A stretch of DNA of 64,000 bases from Armatimonadota bacterium (GTDB taxonomy: Bacteria; Armatimonadota; UBA5829; DSUL01), in contig JBDHZC010000001.1 in the NCBI GenBank assembly GCA_039811685.1, positions 224,001 through 288,000 on the forward strand, in the 5' to 3' direction. A program made the position numbers and the translations under genes. The notes below the pieces were generated by a model. It was not told where the DNA came from, did not search any database, and worked only from the letters and a program-made list of their open reading frames with translations. Each line of letters opens with the position of its first letter. The stretch's first letter is position 1. This document shows positions 9,853-19,246 of this stretch, in pieces.

Positions 9853-11174
9853 TGCGTCTCCTCCTTGACTTCCCAGATTGGCAGCACTGGCAGAGTTTTT
9901 GCGAAGAGTAGAAAGAGCATGAAGAACATCCCAAATGCGCCGATAGTGATGAATACGTCAGTGTAAGTCAGATGGTATCGGCCCCACGCGTAGGGTTCAA
10001 ACTCATGTGAAAGCGACTGAACAATAATGTTGAAGCGCTCGAGGAACATGCCAATGTTGACAAAAATTGACAGGAAAAACATCCACGTCAGATTCCGCCG
10101 CGCCTTGCGCCAGAAAATACTCAGTGGGATAACGCAGTTGCAGATGATCATAATCCAGTAGAGAGTCGCGTAGTAGCCGCCCATTCGATACATAAACTGC
10201 GCCCGCTCAAAGATATTCCCACTGTAGAATGCCATCCCGAGCTCGATAATGTAGGAATACGCGACTATCATCGATGTCAGGAGCAACATCTGCGCAAGAC
10301 TCTCGATGTGCTCAATCGTAATGAGAGACTCCAGTTTGAACCATTTGCGCATCGGAATCATAATCGTCAGCACCATAGCGCAACCAGAGAAAATCGCACC
10401 CGCGACAAAGTAGGGCGGAAAGATTGTCGTGTGCCACCCCGGAACGATGCCCATTGCAAAGTCCCAGGAGACTACGCTGTGAACCGAGACGACCAACGGT
10501 GTCGCGAAGCACGCGAGGAGCCCGTAGAGTTTGTTGTAATGCCTCCACTGCGTTGAAGAGCCACTCCAGCCGAGGGACAGCACGCGGTAGACCCATCGGG
10601 CAATCCCGGTCGTACGTCTGCGTGCGATCGCCAGATCCGGGACCAGTCCCATATACCAGAAGATCACGCTCACCGTGAAATAAGTACTGACTGCGAACAC
10701 GTCCCACACAAGAGGAGACCTGAAGTTTGGCCAGATCTGTCTCTGGTTAGGATAGGGCATCAGATAGTAGAAGAACCACACGCGCCCCAGGTGGATTAGG
10801 GGAAAGAGCCCTGCCACCATGACAGCGAACAGCGTCATCGCCTCGGCCGCCCGGTTAAACCGGCTTCTGAAGCGAGCGCGGAACAGATAAAGCACGGCTG
10901 AAATAAGCGTGCCAGAGTGGGCAATTCCAACCCAGAAGACGAAGTTCGTGATATACAGCGCCCATCCGACCGGATTGTTCTTTCCGGACAGGTGCATGCC
11001 GCTGAAGATCATATGAACCCATGTCACCAGCAGACCGGTAAACGCGAGTAGCGCGAGTACCAAGCCAAAGAAGTACCACTTCGTCGGCTTCAGCATAGGA
11101 GCCAGAACGGCTCGCTCAATCTCTTCGTGTCTCTCCAGGATTGAGCCGTGCCCATGTTGCTCAAGCGTTGCCAA
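9849..11174 (-). CDS. actC: Alternative complex III quinol-oxidising subunit ActC (NrfD family)
   Basis: NFVFWVGIAHSGTLISA, HLGR, SPLVWDVFAV and HSVVSWDFA...GWHTT. Confidence 0.93.
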   Translation of the reverse strand: MATLEQHGHGSILERHEEIERAVLAPMLKPTKWYFFGLVLALLAFTGLLVTWVHMIFSGMHLSGKNNPVGWALYITNFVFWVGIAHSGTLISAVLYLFRARFRSRFNRAAEAMTLFAVMVAGLFPLIHLGRVWFFYYLMPYPNQRQIWPNFRSPLVWDVFAVSTYFTVSVIFWYMGLVPDLAIARRRTTGIARWVYRVLSLGWSGSSTQWRHYNKLYGLLACFATPLVVSVHSVVSWDFAMGIVPGWHTTIFPPYFVAGAIFSGCAMVLTIMIPMRKWFKLESLITIEHIESLAQMLLLTSMIVAYSYIIELGMAFYSGNIFERAQFMYRMGGYYATLYWIMIICNCVIPLSIFWRKARRNLTWMFFLSIFVNIGMFLERFNIIVQSLSHEFEPYAWGRYHLTYTDVFITIGAFGMFFMLFLLFAKTLPVLPIWEVKEETH

Positions 11175-14115
11175 TGCTTACCTCATCCTCCTTGGTTACG
11201 TCAGCAAGATACGTGACCGCAGGCTCGGTGCCAAGCGATTCGAAAACTCGATACGCGCGATCTGTCTTGCGCGCCTGCATCATTTTTGAGTTCTCATCCA
11301 GCATATTTCCAAACTGGATGGCGTCGCTGGGACAGGTCTGAACGCAGGCTGGCTGAATTTCGCCGTCTCTGACCAGGCGATTCTCGTCCTTGGCGTGGTC
11401 CTTCCCAGCTCGGATTCGCTGCACGCAGAATGTACACTTCTCCATTACACCCCGGCCCCTCACCGAGACCTCCGGGTTGATCATCTGATCCAGTGGTGAC
11501 TCCCACTCATAGTTGATCCAGTTGAAGCGGCGCACCTTGTAAGGACAGTTATTCGCGCAGTAACGGGTGCCAACGCACCGGTTGTATATCTGCCCGTTCA
11601 GACCGTCCGGATTGTGATAGGCGGCGTAGACAGGGCACACTGGCTCACAGGGAGCGCTGTCACACTGCTGACACAGCATGGGAATGAAATCCCCGCGCGC
11701 CTCTCCATCAAAATACGGCTCAATTCTGATCCACGACATTTCGCGCCCGTTAAGATGCGCATCTTTGCCCACCAGCGGGATATTGTTTTCCACATAGCAC
11801 GCTGCGACGCAAGCAGAGCAGCCAGTGCATTTGTCGAGGTCAATCGTCATACCCCATCTGTAGGGCTGGTGAACATGTTCTGGATAAAGTGTGAGACGCT
11901 CCTCGTGCTCTCCCGGAAGCTCAGGTTCGGAGGCGACAATGCCGTCCATCCTTTGGCTCTTATGGTGTGCTGCAGCCTCTTCGCCCGGGGTTTCAACTGC
12001 GTTCGGGATAATTCCTCGGCCTTCCTGAGAGGGGGATCCGGACATGACTGCAACGGGAATGATTCCCGCACCGCGCCACTTCAGGTTTGGCGAAAAGCTG
12101 ATCGGCTCTCCTGTCCGGCGGTCGATACCCAGGTCAGGAGCCACCAGGAACGGCCGCTCAACCATGTACACGCTATCAGGTAGACGTGGCTGCAGCTTCA
12201 GTGCCAATGGTTGCAGCCGTGTTTCGCCAAGTGTTATCTCAATCTGGTCGAGCCCCCGGACAAACTCTCCCGTGACATCCTGCCAACCACGCACCGAAAT
12301 CCACTCACCATAGCTAATTGTGGAAACTGGCTCTGGAATCTCTTCCAGGAGTGTCGCGCCCTGTGCATTGAGTGGAAGTAAACGGCTTCGTCCGTCGTAG
12401 AAGCGTAACGACGGCGTCACGACAAGCACGTCTCCCTCCAGTTGGGCCGACAGACCGTCTGCAAAGCTCACTTGCAAAGGTGCGGGGTGGGGCGGCGTGG
12501 CGGACGCGGCCACACTTGCTGCAGCGCCTGCGGCAACTGGTGATGCGCCCGCGCCCGTTGCCGGTCCAGCGGCTGGTTTCGCCGCGGCGGCTGCAGTAGC
12601 GACAAAGCCTGCCTTCATAATGTCGGGGGTGAGCGGCGTGCCCAAACGTGCCCATTCAGACTCGATAAAGGCGCGGAAGTTCTTGGGGCGCGGCTTCCCA
12701 GCCGTTTGCAGAAGATCGAGAAGAATATCGCCTTCGCTCTTGGTGTTGAAGAGTTGTTCGCGGGTTGGCTGTATGATTGTCCGCAGCCCTTTGCGCGGCT
12801 CAGCGTCTCCCCAGGATTCAAGAAAGTGTGACAGTGGCAGAATGATGTCGCACTCGTCAAGAGTCTTGTTCGAAATCTCGCTCAGCCCGACTCTCAGAGT
12901 AGCCTTTTTGAACCCTTCCGCAAAGCCTAGCGGCTTGGGAAGTGTTAGCGCCGGGTCAGTCTTGGAAACGAAGATAACGCCGATCTCTCCCGCGTTGAGC
13001 TTCTTCGTCCACACTTCGGCGTCCAGCAAGCTCCCGACGTTATCATAGTTGTAAGCGGAATTGAAATCCATCACTTCCGCTGCCGAGCCAAGCTGCTTCT
13101 GAAGTTGAGCGGCAAGGACGGCCACTTCCAGTCCCTTTTCGTGCTGGACGCTGACTCCGCCAGCGATGACTAGCGGCCGCCTGGCCTCCCGCATTCTCTG
13201 GACCAGCTTCGTCAGACTCTCTTCGCTCAAGCCGACCTGCTCAACCACGGATGACGCTTCGATAGGACCCTGTCCGGACACCGAGCCGCCGAACTGCTGC
13301 AACAAATATCCCAGCAGCACGGCCTCCGTCCCCGGTTTGCAGGCAAGGCGAGTATCAGCGCTCATGGCCTCGATAGAGATATGAGGCTCTACATGCGTCC
13401 ACCAGAAGCTACCAGTGTCTTTGCCCTTGGATATCTTCTTCGCATGCTCAACAGGACTGACGAACGTCTCAAGCAGATCGGCCCCCACCGTCAGAAGGAA
13501 GTCTGCGCGGTCAATCTTGTAAGTGGGGATTGCCTTGTGGCCGAAAACAGTCTGGTTCGCCTGTCGGACTGCAGAGTGGCTGAATACCTCTAGCTCCGGA
13601 AGCCGGCTAACACCCAGAGCCGCACAGAACCGGTCTATGAATGTGGACAGTGAGCCGGTCGTCCGGCTCGAGAGGTAGACGCTGGAGCGCCCACCGGATT
13701 TGTCTGTCTGCAGAGCGGACCACACACTTCGGTAAGCCTCTTCCCAAGTTATCGCATCGAAGTCGCCGTTTCGCGTCCGCCGCATAGGGCTCTTGTAGCG
13801 CTTTGGATGGTAGAGGCGTGTGATGGTAGCCTGCCCGCGAACACAAAGGCCGCCGTCGTTGATCGGATGACCTATGATCCCTTCGAGCTTGATAGTACGC
13901 CCATCCACGTTCTTAGCGGAGACTCCGCAGTTAGCCGGACACTCCATACAGGTTGTGGACAGATAGATGGGCTCGCCAGGAATTATCCCTTCTGGGGCAG
14001 GGTACAACGCCTGCTCGAACTTATCGTCGCCTACGGGCGTACAACCTGGCAACAGACTGGCTCCCGCCGCAGTCAATCCGGCCGTCTTGATAAAGTCTCG
14101 TCTATTCACAAACAA
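11161..14115 (-). CDS. actB: Alternative complex III subunit ActB (molybdopterin-oxidoreductase-like domain plus Fe-S domain), Tat lipoprotein
   Basis: Twin-arginine motif NRRDFIK and lipobox LLPGC; C-terminal CTGCSACVAAC, CQQC..APCEPVCP, CVGTRYCANNCPY and EKCTFC...PACVQTCP. Confidence 0.92.
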   Translation of the reverse strand: MFVNRRDFIKTAGLTAAGASLLPGCTPVGDDKFEQALYPAPEGIIPGEPIYLSTTCMECPANCGVSAKNVDGRTIKLEGIIGHPINDGGLCVRGQATITRLYHPKRYKSPMRRTRNGDFDAITWEEAYRSVWSALQTDKSGGRSSVYLSSRTTGSLSTFIDRFCAALGVSRLPELEVFSHSAVRQANQTVFGHKAIPTYKIDRADFLLTVGADLLETFVSPVEHAKKISKGKDTGSFWWTHVEPHISIEAMSADTRLACKPGTEAVLLGYLLQQFGGSVSGQGPIEASSVVEQVGLSEESLTKLVQRMREARRPLVIAGGVSVQHEKGLEVAVLAAQLQKQLGSAAEVMDFNSAYNYDNVGSLLDAEVWTKKLNAGEIGVIFVSKTDPALTLPKPLGFAEGFKKATLRVGLSEISNKTLDECDIILPLSHFLESWGDAEPRKGLRTIIQPTREQLFNTKSEGDILLDLLQTAGKPRPKNFRAFIESEWARLGTPLTPDIMKAGFVATAAAAAKPAAGPATGAGASPVAAGAAASVAASATPPHPAPLQVSFADGLSAQLEGDVLVVTPSLRFYDGRSRLLPLNAQGATLLEEIPEPVSTISYGEWISVRGWQDVTGEFVRGLDQIEITLGETRLQPLALKLQPRLPDSVYMVERPFLVAPDLGIDRRTGEPISFSPNLKWRGAGIIPVAVMSGSPSQEGRGIIPNAVETPGEEAAAHHKSQRMDGIVASEPELPGEHEERLTLYPEHVHQPYRWGMTIDLDKCTGCSACVAACYVENNIPLVGKDAHLNGREMSWIRIEPYFDGEARGDFIPMLCQQCDSAPCEPVCPVYAAYHNPDGLNGQIYNRCVGTRYCANNCPYKVRRFNWINYEWESPLDQMINPEVSVRGRGVMEKCTFCVQRIRAGKDHAKDENRLVRDGEIQPACVQTCPSDAIQFGNMLDENSKMMQARKTDRAYRVFESLGTEPAVTYLADVTKEDEVSIGNA

Positions 14116-14140
14116 ACTCCTCGATTGGACATCTTGATCC

Positions 14141-14674
14141 TCACTTGTGGCATGTGTAGCAGTCTAGTGACGCATTATTCTGTCGATGACAGCCCACACA
14201 AAAGCCCATCGAAAGAGAGCGGCTCTTACGCATTGGGTACGGCATGTTCTGCACCTGACCGTGGCAGCTCTGACATGGAACTCCATTGGGATAGTTCTTG
14301 GTCTTTGCTGTGACATGCCGCTTGTGAGAAAAATAGACGAAATCTGGTATGCGGTGCAGCCGGTTCCACTGCACAGGTTTCTTGGTCTTCCAATACTCAG
14401 TGAGTGTCTTGATACCTGGCAGGTTAGTGCCGACACTCTGGTGGCAGGACATACAGAAAGATAGCGGGGGCAACCCGGCATACTTGCCCTTGTTGGCCGA
14501 TTGGTGGCAGTCCAGGCACTGCAAGCCAGCCTGAAGGTGTTTGACGTGCGGATATGGAACGGGTTGCGGCGGTGTTGAATGAAACGCGTTAAAATAACTG
14601 CTCAATCCAAGCGTTATCAGAAAAAACACCCCGAAATAGGCATAAAACAATAATGTTCCAAACCGCTTAAACAT
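14141..14674 (-). CDS. actA: Alternative complex III pentaheme cytochrome c ActA
   Basis: One TM helix, five CxxCH motifs (CLDCH, CMSCH, CQSCH, CVGCH, CYTCH), FVYFSH and LSMGFC. Confidence 0.9.
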   Translation of the reverse strand: MFKRFGTLLFYAYFGVFFLITLGLSSYFNAFHSTPPQPVPYPHVKHLQAGLQCLDCHQSANKGKYAGLPPLSFCMSCHQSVGTNLPGIKTLTEYWKTKKPVQWNRLHRIPDFVYFSHKRHVTAKTKNYPNGVPCQSCHGQVQNMPYPMRKSRSLSMGFCVGCHRQNNASLDCYTCHK

Positions 14675-14751
14675 TATCCATCTCTACCTGTCTTCTGAAC
14701 TCAGTCATAAGATGACCACCTCTCCAATATCGAATCACCACGATGATCCTT

Positions 14752-16149
14752 CTACTTCAGAGTCTTTATATAGTCGATCAGCGCCGTGATTTCCGCGTCT
14801 GACAGCTGTTGCGCTGGCATCACATTCGGAAACCCCTGAACAACCTGTGCACCGGGCTGGAGTATTGATTCTTTGATATAGGCGTCGTCGGCTGTAACGG
14901 TTTCTGGTTTCCCGTTGGCGAGAACAGTGACCGTGTGTCCGTAGAGTCCCTTCCAGGATGGTCCAATCCGGCGACTTCCATCTACGCTATGACACGCCGA
15001 GCAGCCTTTGTCCGTGTAGAGCTGCTGCCCAGCCTGCGCTCCGCCTGGCTTCTCTTGACCAGCGCCACCAGTCGCGGAAGCGTTGGCTGTCTGTAGAGTT
15101 TGCAGTTTGGTTTGCGCTGCGGCATTCAAAACGTTGTTGTAGTCAAGGAGTGCCTGGTCGCGTGCCATCGCTTCGCCCACGTTGTAAACGACCAGGAATA
15201 CCAGCAGGCCTAGAAGCGGCCATACGGATCCCTTGCGCTGAGGATTAGTGATGGTCTTGAACAGCCAGATTGATACAACTAGCAAGATCAGCAGGCCAAT
15301 GAGAAACAGATTATAAAGCTGGACGGACATGTTGATGTACTGAAGTGTTATCAGATTCCAGTACATCATCACTGGCAGCGCCATTACGTTAGCCAGCGCC
15401 AGACCCGCTCCGAAGTTGCGCACAAGGCTGACATAACCGGCATCGTCTTCTATCTTCCAGTCCGAGCGGTAAAAATCCCACAGTATGGCTGCGCCGGTTA
15501 TGGCCATCGCAGACACCTGAAAGGTCAGGAATCTGGATATTTGGGAGAACGAATACATGATCCAGGCGCGCATGTCGTAAGTAGACTGCCAGTACTGACT
15601 CAGGTATGGCCAGCGTTCCGGGTCCAGCGCCAGTGCCATCCCGCTGATGATGAACAGATACGCAAGTAAAGCCAGCCCGTTCCCCGCCAGTCCAGAGAGA
15701 AAATGCGTCAGGAAGTGCGTCCTGCGTACCTTGAAGCTCCACTTATAGAAGTAGAGAAGTAGAAGCCCTGGAACGAGCAACACCAACCCTACAGACATCA
15801 TCTTTGTCGTCAGTTGATGCGGCAGAGGAGGCCACTGCGGTCCTGGGTCCGCAGGGAAAAGTATCTGCTGATAGAGCGCAATAGCCGTGAGAACCGGCAC
15901 AAGCCCAAGGAGTACGCTGGCCCAGAAGCTGCGCAAAGGGAGCTCGGCGAGGTAGCGCGCGAACTTGCGCCAGCGCCGATCAGGACTCGTGAACTCGTAG
16001 AAATCAAATACCAGAGCCAGCAGCGAACTTCCGAGCACCAGTCCCATATATGCCAGGTGAACAACCGATACGAAAATCAGAAGGTAGCCGCCCACAAGCA
16101 GGTGAATGGGCAACGGTTGGGACACCATGCGGCCGAAAAAGTCAATCAC
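14752..16149 (-). CDS. Polytopic membrane protein with C-terminal monoheme cytochrome c
   Basis: About 9 hydrophobic segments, then CSACH...NVMP class I cytochrome c domain. Confidence 0.85.
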   Translation of the reverse strand: MIDFFGRMVSQPLPIHLLVGGYLLIFVSVVHLAYMGLVLGSSLLALVFDFYEFTSPDRRWRKFARYLAELPLRSFWASVLLGLVPVLTAIALYQQILFPADPGPQWPPLPHQLTTKMMSVGLVLLVPGLLLLYFYKWSFKVRRTHFLTHFLSGLAGNGLALLAYLFIISGMALALDPERWPYLSQYWQSTYDMRAWIMYSFSQISRFLTFQVSAMAITGAAILWDFYRSDWKIEDDAGYVSLVRNFGAGLALANVMALPVMMYWNLITLQYINMSVQLYNLFLIGLLILLVVSIWLFKTITNPQRKGSVWPLLGLLVFLVVYNVGEAMARDQALLDYNNVLNAAAQTKLQTLQTANASATGGAGQEKPGGAQAGQQLYTDKGCSACHSVDGSRRIGPSWKGLYGHTVTVLANGKPETVTADDAYIKESILQPGAQVVQGFPNVMPAQQLSDAEITALIDYIKTLK

Positions 16150-16205
16150 TGGCGTACCTCGCGGTCGAATCTCTCACTATTCCCCTGAAACAAGATAAAC
16201 ATCCC

Positions 16206-17078
16206 CTAGTTCATCCTCACAATCTGATCCGCAGTCATCAGTAATATGACAAGCACTGCAAAAGCGTTAATTGACATAAACGTAGATCTGAAGGTCGAAG
16301 CGTCAGCGCTGTTTCTGAGCAGCTGCATCGACCGCCATATCAGCCACAACGCTGAGAAAAGCAACCCCAGTGACGTGACAAAAAAACTGGTCGCTCCGTA
16401 CATCGGCAACAGCAGGCAGCTGACAGCGGTTGCACTAATCCACACAAAGGTTACGCGTCTCATCTGAGCATCAGAAAACACCTGAGTCAGGCTGCGCAGT
16501 TGCGCCTGTTCGTATTGGCTGCCGAGCCGGTGCAGGAGAAGCCAGAAGTGCGGAATCTGCCAGATAAAGAAAAAGAAGGCTATGGCGAAGATTGCCGGTT
16601 CGCTGAGGAGCCTGTCAGCGCTTGACCATCCTATCATTGGAGGCAGCGCCCCGACCACTGATCCGGGAACCACTGCAAACGCTGTCCAACGCTTCAGATA
16701 CGTGTAGACTCCGTTGTACCAAAAAACGGTAAGCAGCCCGAGACCGCAGGGCAGAAGGCCACAGAAGATCAACAGCACATCGGCTCCCAGCATGATCAGG
16801 GCTGAGGCAATCAGGAGAGCTGTGCGCGGACTGATTTGCCCTGCTGGAATCGGCCTTCCCGCAGTCCGTGGCATCAACGCGTCAATATCGCGCTCCTGGT
16901 ACTCGTTCAGCGCCAGTGCTCCCATAGCCAGCAGCAGAGTCCCGAGGGTGGGGGCCCAGATGGCGATTGTCAAATCAGAGGTCCCAGCAATATAGCCAGA
17001 GCTTGCGGAAATGGTGGAGAGGATGGCTATGCGAAACTTGGTGAGCTTCAGGAGCAGTTGTAGATAGCGTCGAATCAA
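16206..17078 (-). CDS. ctaB: Protoheme IX farnesyltransferase (heme O synthase)
   Basis: LTKFRI, NEYQERDIDALMPRTAGRP, YTYLKR, GALPP and WQIPHF. Confidence 0.93.
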   Translation of the reverse strand: MIRRYLQLLLKLTKFRIAILSTISASSGYIAGTSDLTIAIWAPTLGTLLLAMGALALNEYQERDIDALMPRTAGRPIPAGQISPRTALLIASALIMLGADVLLIFCGLLPCGLGLLTVFWYNGVYTYLKRWTAFAVVPGSVVGALPPMIGWSSADRLLSEPAIFAIAFFFFIWQIPHFWLLLHRLGSQYEQAQLRSLTQVFSDAQMRRVTFVWISATAVSCLLLPMYGATSFFVTSLGLLFSALWLIWRSMQLLRNSADASTFRSTFMSINAFAVLVILLMTADQIVRMN

Positions 17079-17087
17079 ACCATCCGC

Positions 17088-18098
17088 CTACTTCAAGCTC
17101 TGGATATAGGCGATCATCGCCCTGGTCTCATCAGCGCTTAGCTGCTGAGGCGGCATGACGTTCTGAAAGCCTTCGACCACTTTTGCCCCGGGAGTGTGAA
17201 TGGATTCTGTGATATAGGCGTCGTCAGCCTTCACGGTCTGTGGCTTTCCGTTAACCAGCACCTTAACATCGTGCCCGTAGAGACCCTTCCAGCTCGGCCC
17301 AATCATTTTGCTGCCAGTGACGCTGTGGCAGACGTTACAACCCTTCTCTGTGTAAAGTTTTTCTCCCTGAGCAATCAGGGCGTTATCCGGCGCCGCTGCT
17401 GCTGGCTTGGCCTCACCACTGGGGGCCACAGGTGCGGTTGGTTTCACAGGTTGAGGAGCAGCCTGAGTCGTCGTAGCCGGCGCTGCCGCCGAGGGCGAAT
17501 TGGTTGATTGATACCAGCGGTCAAACTCTTCTCGAGGCTGAATCTCTACTTCTGCTTTCATCTGGGAGTGTAGCTTACCACAGTACTCCGCACAAAATAC
17601 CCAGGATGTTCCGACTCGTTGCGGTGTGAAAAAGATGTGGTTTTTTCGGTTAGGGACGGCATCCTGTTTGATGCGAAAATCCGGGACGTAGAAGCTGTGA
17701 ATTACATCTACTGACTGCGTCACAATCTTGACGGGTTGGTTAACCGGGAGACGCAACTTCGTGTCGGTATGCCCATTCGGGTAGGTGAACGACCAGGCCC
17801 ACATAACACCATTGGCCTCAACCACGAGCGCGTTGGCAGGACCCTTACGCTGCGGCAAATAGCTGGAGTAACCCAGCCAGAAAATCCATAACACAATAAT
17901 GAGAGGGACAACGGTCCAGACAATCTCCAAAACAAGGTGTCCCTCGATGTTCTCGACTCGTGGCCGACGCTTGCGGTTGTAGATAATGGCAAAGGCGATC
18001 ATCGTCGCAGTAACGGCAACCATCAGAAAAACGCACACGCCGAAGATCCACGCCATAGCGTTGCCTGTAAGGTCGGTTGTATTGGCAGCAGCCCTCAT
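17088..18098 (-). CDS. coxB: Cytochrome c oxidase subunit II with fused cytochrome c
   Basis: LEIVWT, DVIHSF, CuA motif CAEYCGKLHSQM, and C-terminal CNVCH heme c domain. Confidence 0.95.
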   Translation of the reverse strand: MRAAANTTDLTGNAMAWIFGVCVFLMVAVTATMIAFAIIYNRKRRPRVENIEGHLVLEIVWTVVPLIIVLWIFWLGYSSYLPQRKGPANALVVEANGVMWAWSFTYPNGHTDTKLRLPVNQPVKIVTQSVDVIHSFYVPDFRIKQDAVPNRKNHIFFTPQRVGTSWVFCAEYCGKLHSQMKAEVEIQPREEFDRWYQSTNSPSAAAPATTTQAAPQPVKPTAPVAPSGEAKPAAAAPDNALIAQGEKLYTEKGCNVCHSVTGSKMIGPSWKGLYGHDVKVLVNGKPQTVKADDAYITESIHTPGAKVVEGFQNVMPPQQLSADETRAMIAYIQSLK

Positions 18099-18488
18099 CT
18101 AATTTCTAAATCCTACGTCTACAAAGGTCAGCCCGATAAACACAGTGAACGTGACAATCAAAGTGACCAAAAAGACCTTATAAACAACGCTCTCATACTT
18201 CAGGTGCATGAAGAGCCACAGCGCGATCGCAGTCTGGAACAGAGCAATCAATACTGCGATACCAGCTCCCAGACCTCCGGTGCTCAGTCCGGACAACGCA
18301 ACGCTCAGCGCCATGAGCACAAGCAGCGATGCCCAGACACCCACCAGGGAACCATAATCAACAACGCGTCCTCCGTGCTGCTCCGGCACGGTCAACTCCG
18401 GAGAGGAATCTATTCCTGACGGATGATCTGCCACTGTCGACGGCTGTTCTTGTTGGATAGGGTCGCGATCCAAGTGTTGACTCCTCAC
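18099..18488 (-). CDS. Cytochrome c oxidase subunit IV
   Basis: Three TM helices with LFMHLKYE; lies between subunits III and II. Start uncertain. Confidence 0.85.
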   Translation of the reverse strand: MRSQHLDRDPIQQEQPSTVADHPSGIDSSPELTVPEQHGGRVVDYGSLVGVWASLLVLMALSVALSGLSTGGLGAGIAVLIALFQTAIALWLFMHLKYESVVYKVFLVTLIVTFTVFIGLTFVDVGFRN

Positions 18489-19246
18489 GTAATCAAGTAA
18501 AGCAGCGGAAAAATGAAAAACCAGACGACATCTACGAGATGCCAGTACAGAGCCGCATTCTCCAGCACAACGTAGTCCTGCGGGCGCATCACAGGCTCAC
18601 CAGCCGCATTGCTAGGCGGCACGACGAGTCCCGATTCCTCCGGAGCGCCTTGCGAGGCCACAGTCGAATTGCTCTTCTCCGGACCTGAAGCTGCGGCCGG
18701 AGATCGCCTGGCTACGATGAAGCCTACAATAGCTAACAAGACCGTTCCAAAGACAAGATGCAGACCGTGCAGCCCGGTCATGACAAAATACAGATTGAAA
18801 TACTGCTGTTGGCCTTTTGTCAGCGCACCCAGTTCAGCGCCCCCCGGATATAGCCCGTGCTGAAACTTGGCGCTCCATTCGAAGTATTTTATGACCAGGA
18901 ATACAATCGCCAGTGCGATGGTGGCACAGATCAAACCCACGGAGAGCCTGACACTGCCCTTCTGAAGCGCCGTGACTGCCATCGCAATTGTCAGCGAGCT
19001 CGTTAATAGTACAACCGTGTTAACAACACCGAGAGATAGGTTCAGGTTTTGCGCCGCGTTGTGGAAGTCGCCCGGGCTCAGGAACCGGTAGACCGCATAG
19101 GAGATAAACAGGCCGCCGAAAAGCAGAAACTCCGTAAACAGGAACAGCCACATGCCCATTTTGCTGGCGCCGTAGTCAAAATGATGCTGCCCTTCCTCGA
19201 TGCGAGCTTCCGCCGGGTTCAGTGTCGCTTGCAGAGTATCGGTCAA
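18485..19246 (-). CDS. coxC: Cytochrome c oxidase subunit III
   Basis: GMWLFLFTE, NTVVLLTSS, TGLHGLH and LYWHLVDVVW. Confidence 0.93.
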   Translation of the reverse strand: MTDTLQATLNPAEARIEEGQHHFDYGASKMGMWLFLFTEFLLFGGLFISYAVYRFLSPGDFHNAAQNLNLSLGVVNTVVLLTSSLTIAMAVTALQKGSVRLSVGLICATIALAIVFLVIKYFEWSAKFQHGLYPGGAELGALTKGQQQYFNLYFVMTGLHGLHLVFGTVLLAIVGFIVARRSPAAASGPEKSNSTVASQGAPEESGLVVPPSNAAGEPVMRPQDYVVLENAALYWHLVDVVWFFIFPLLYLIT

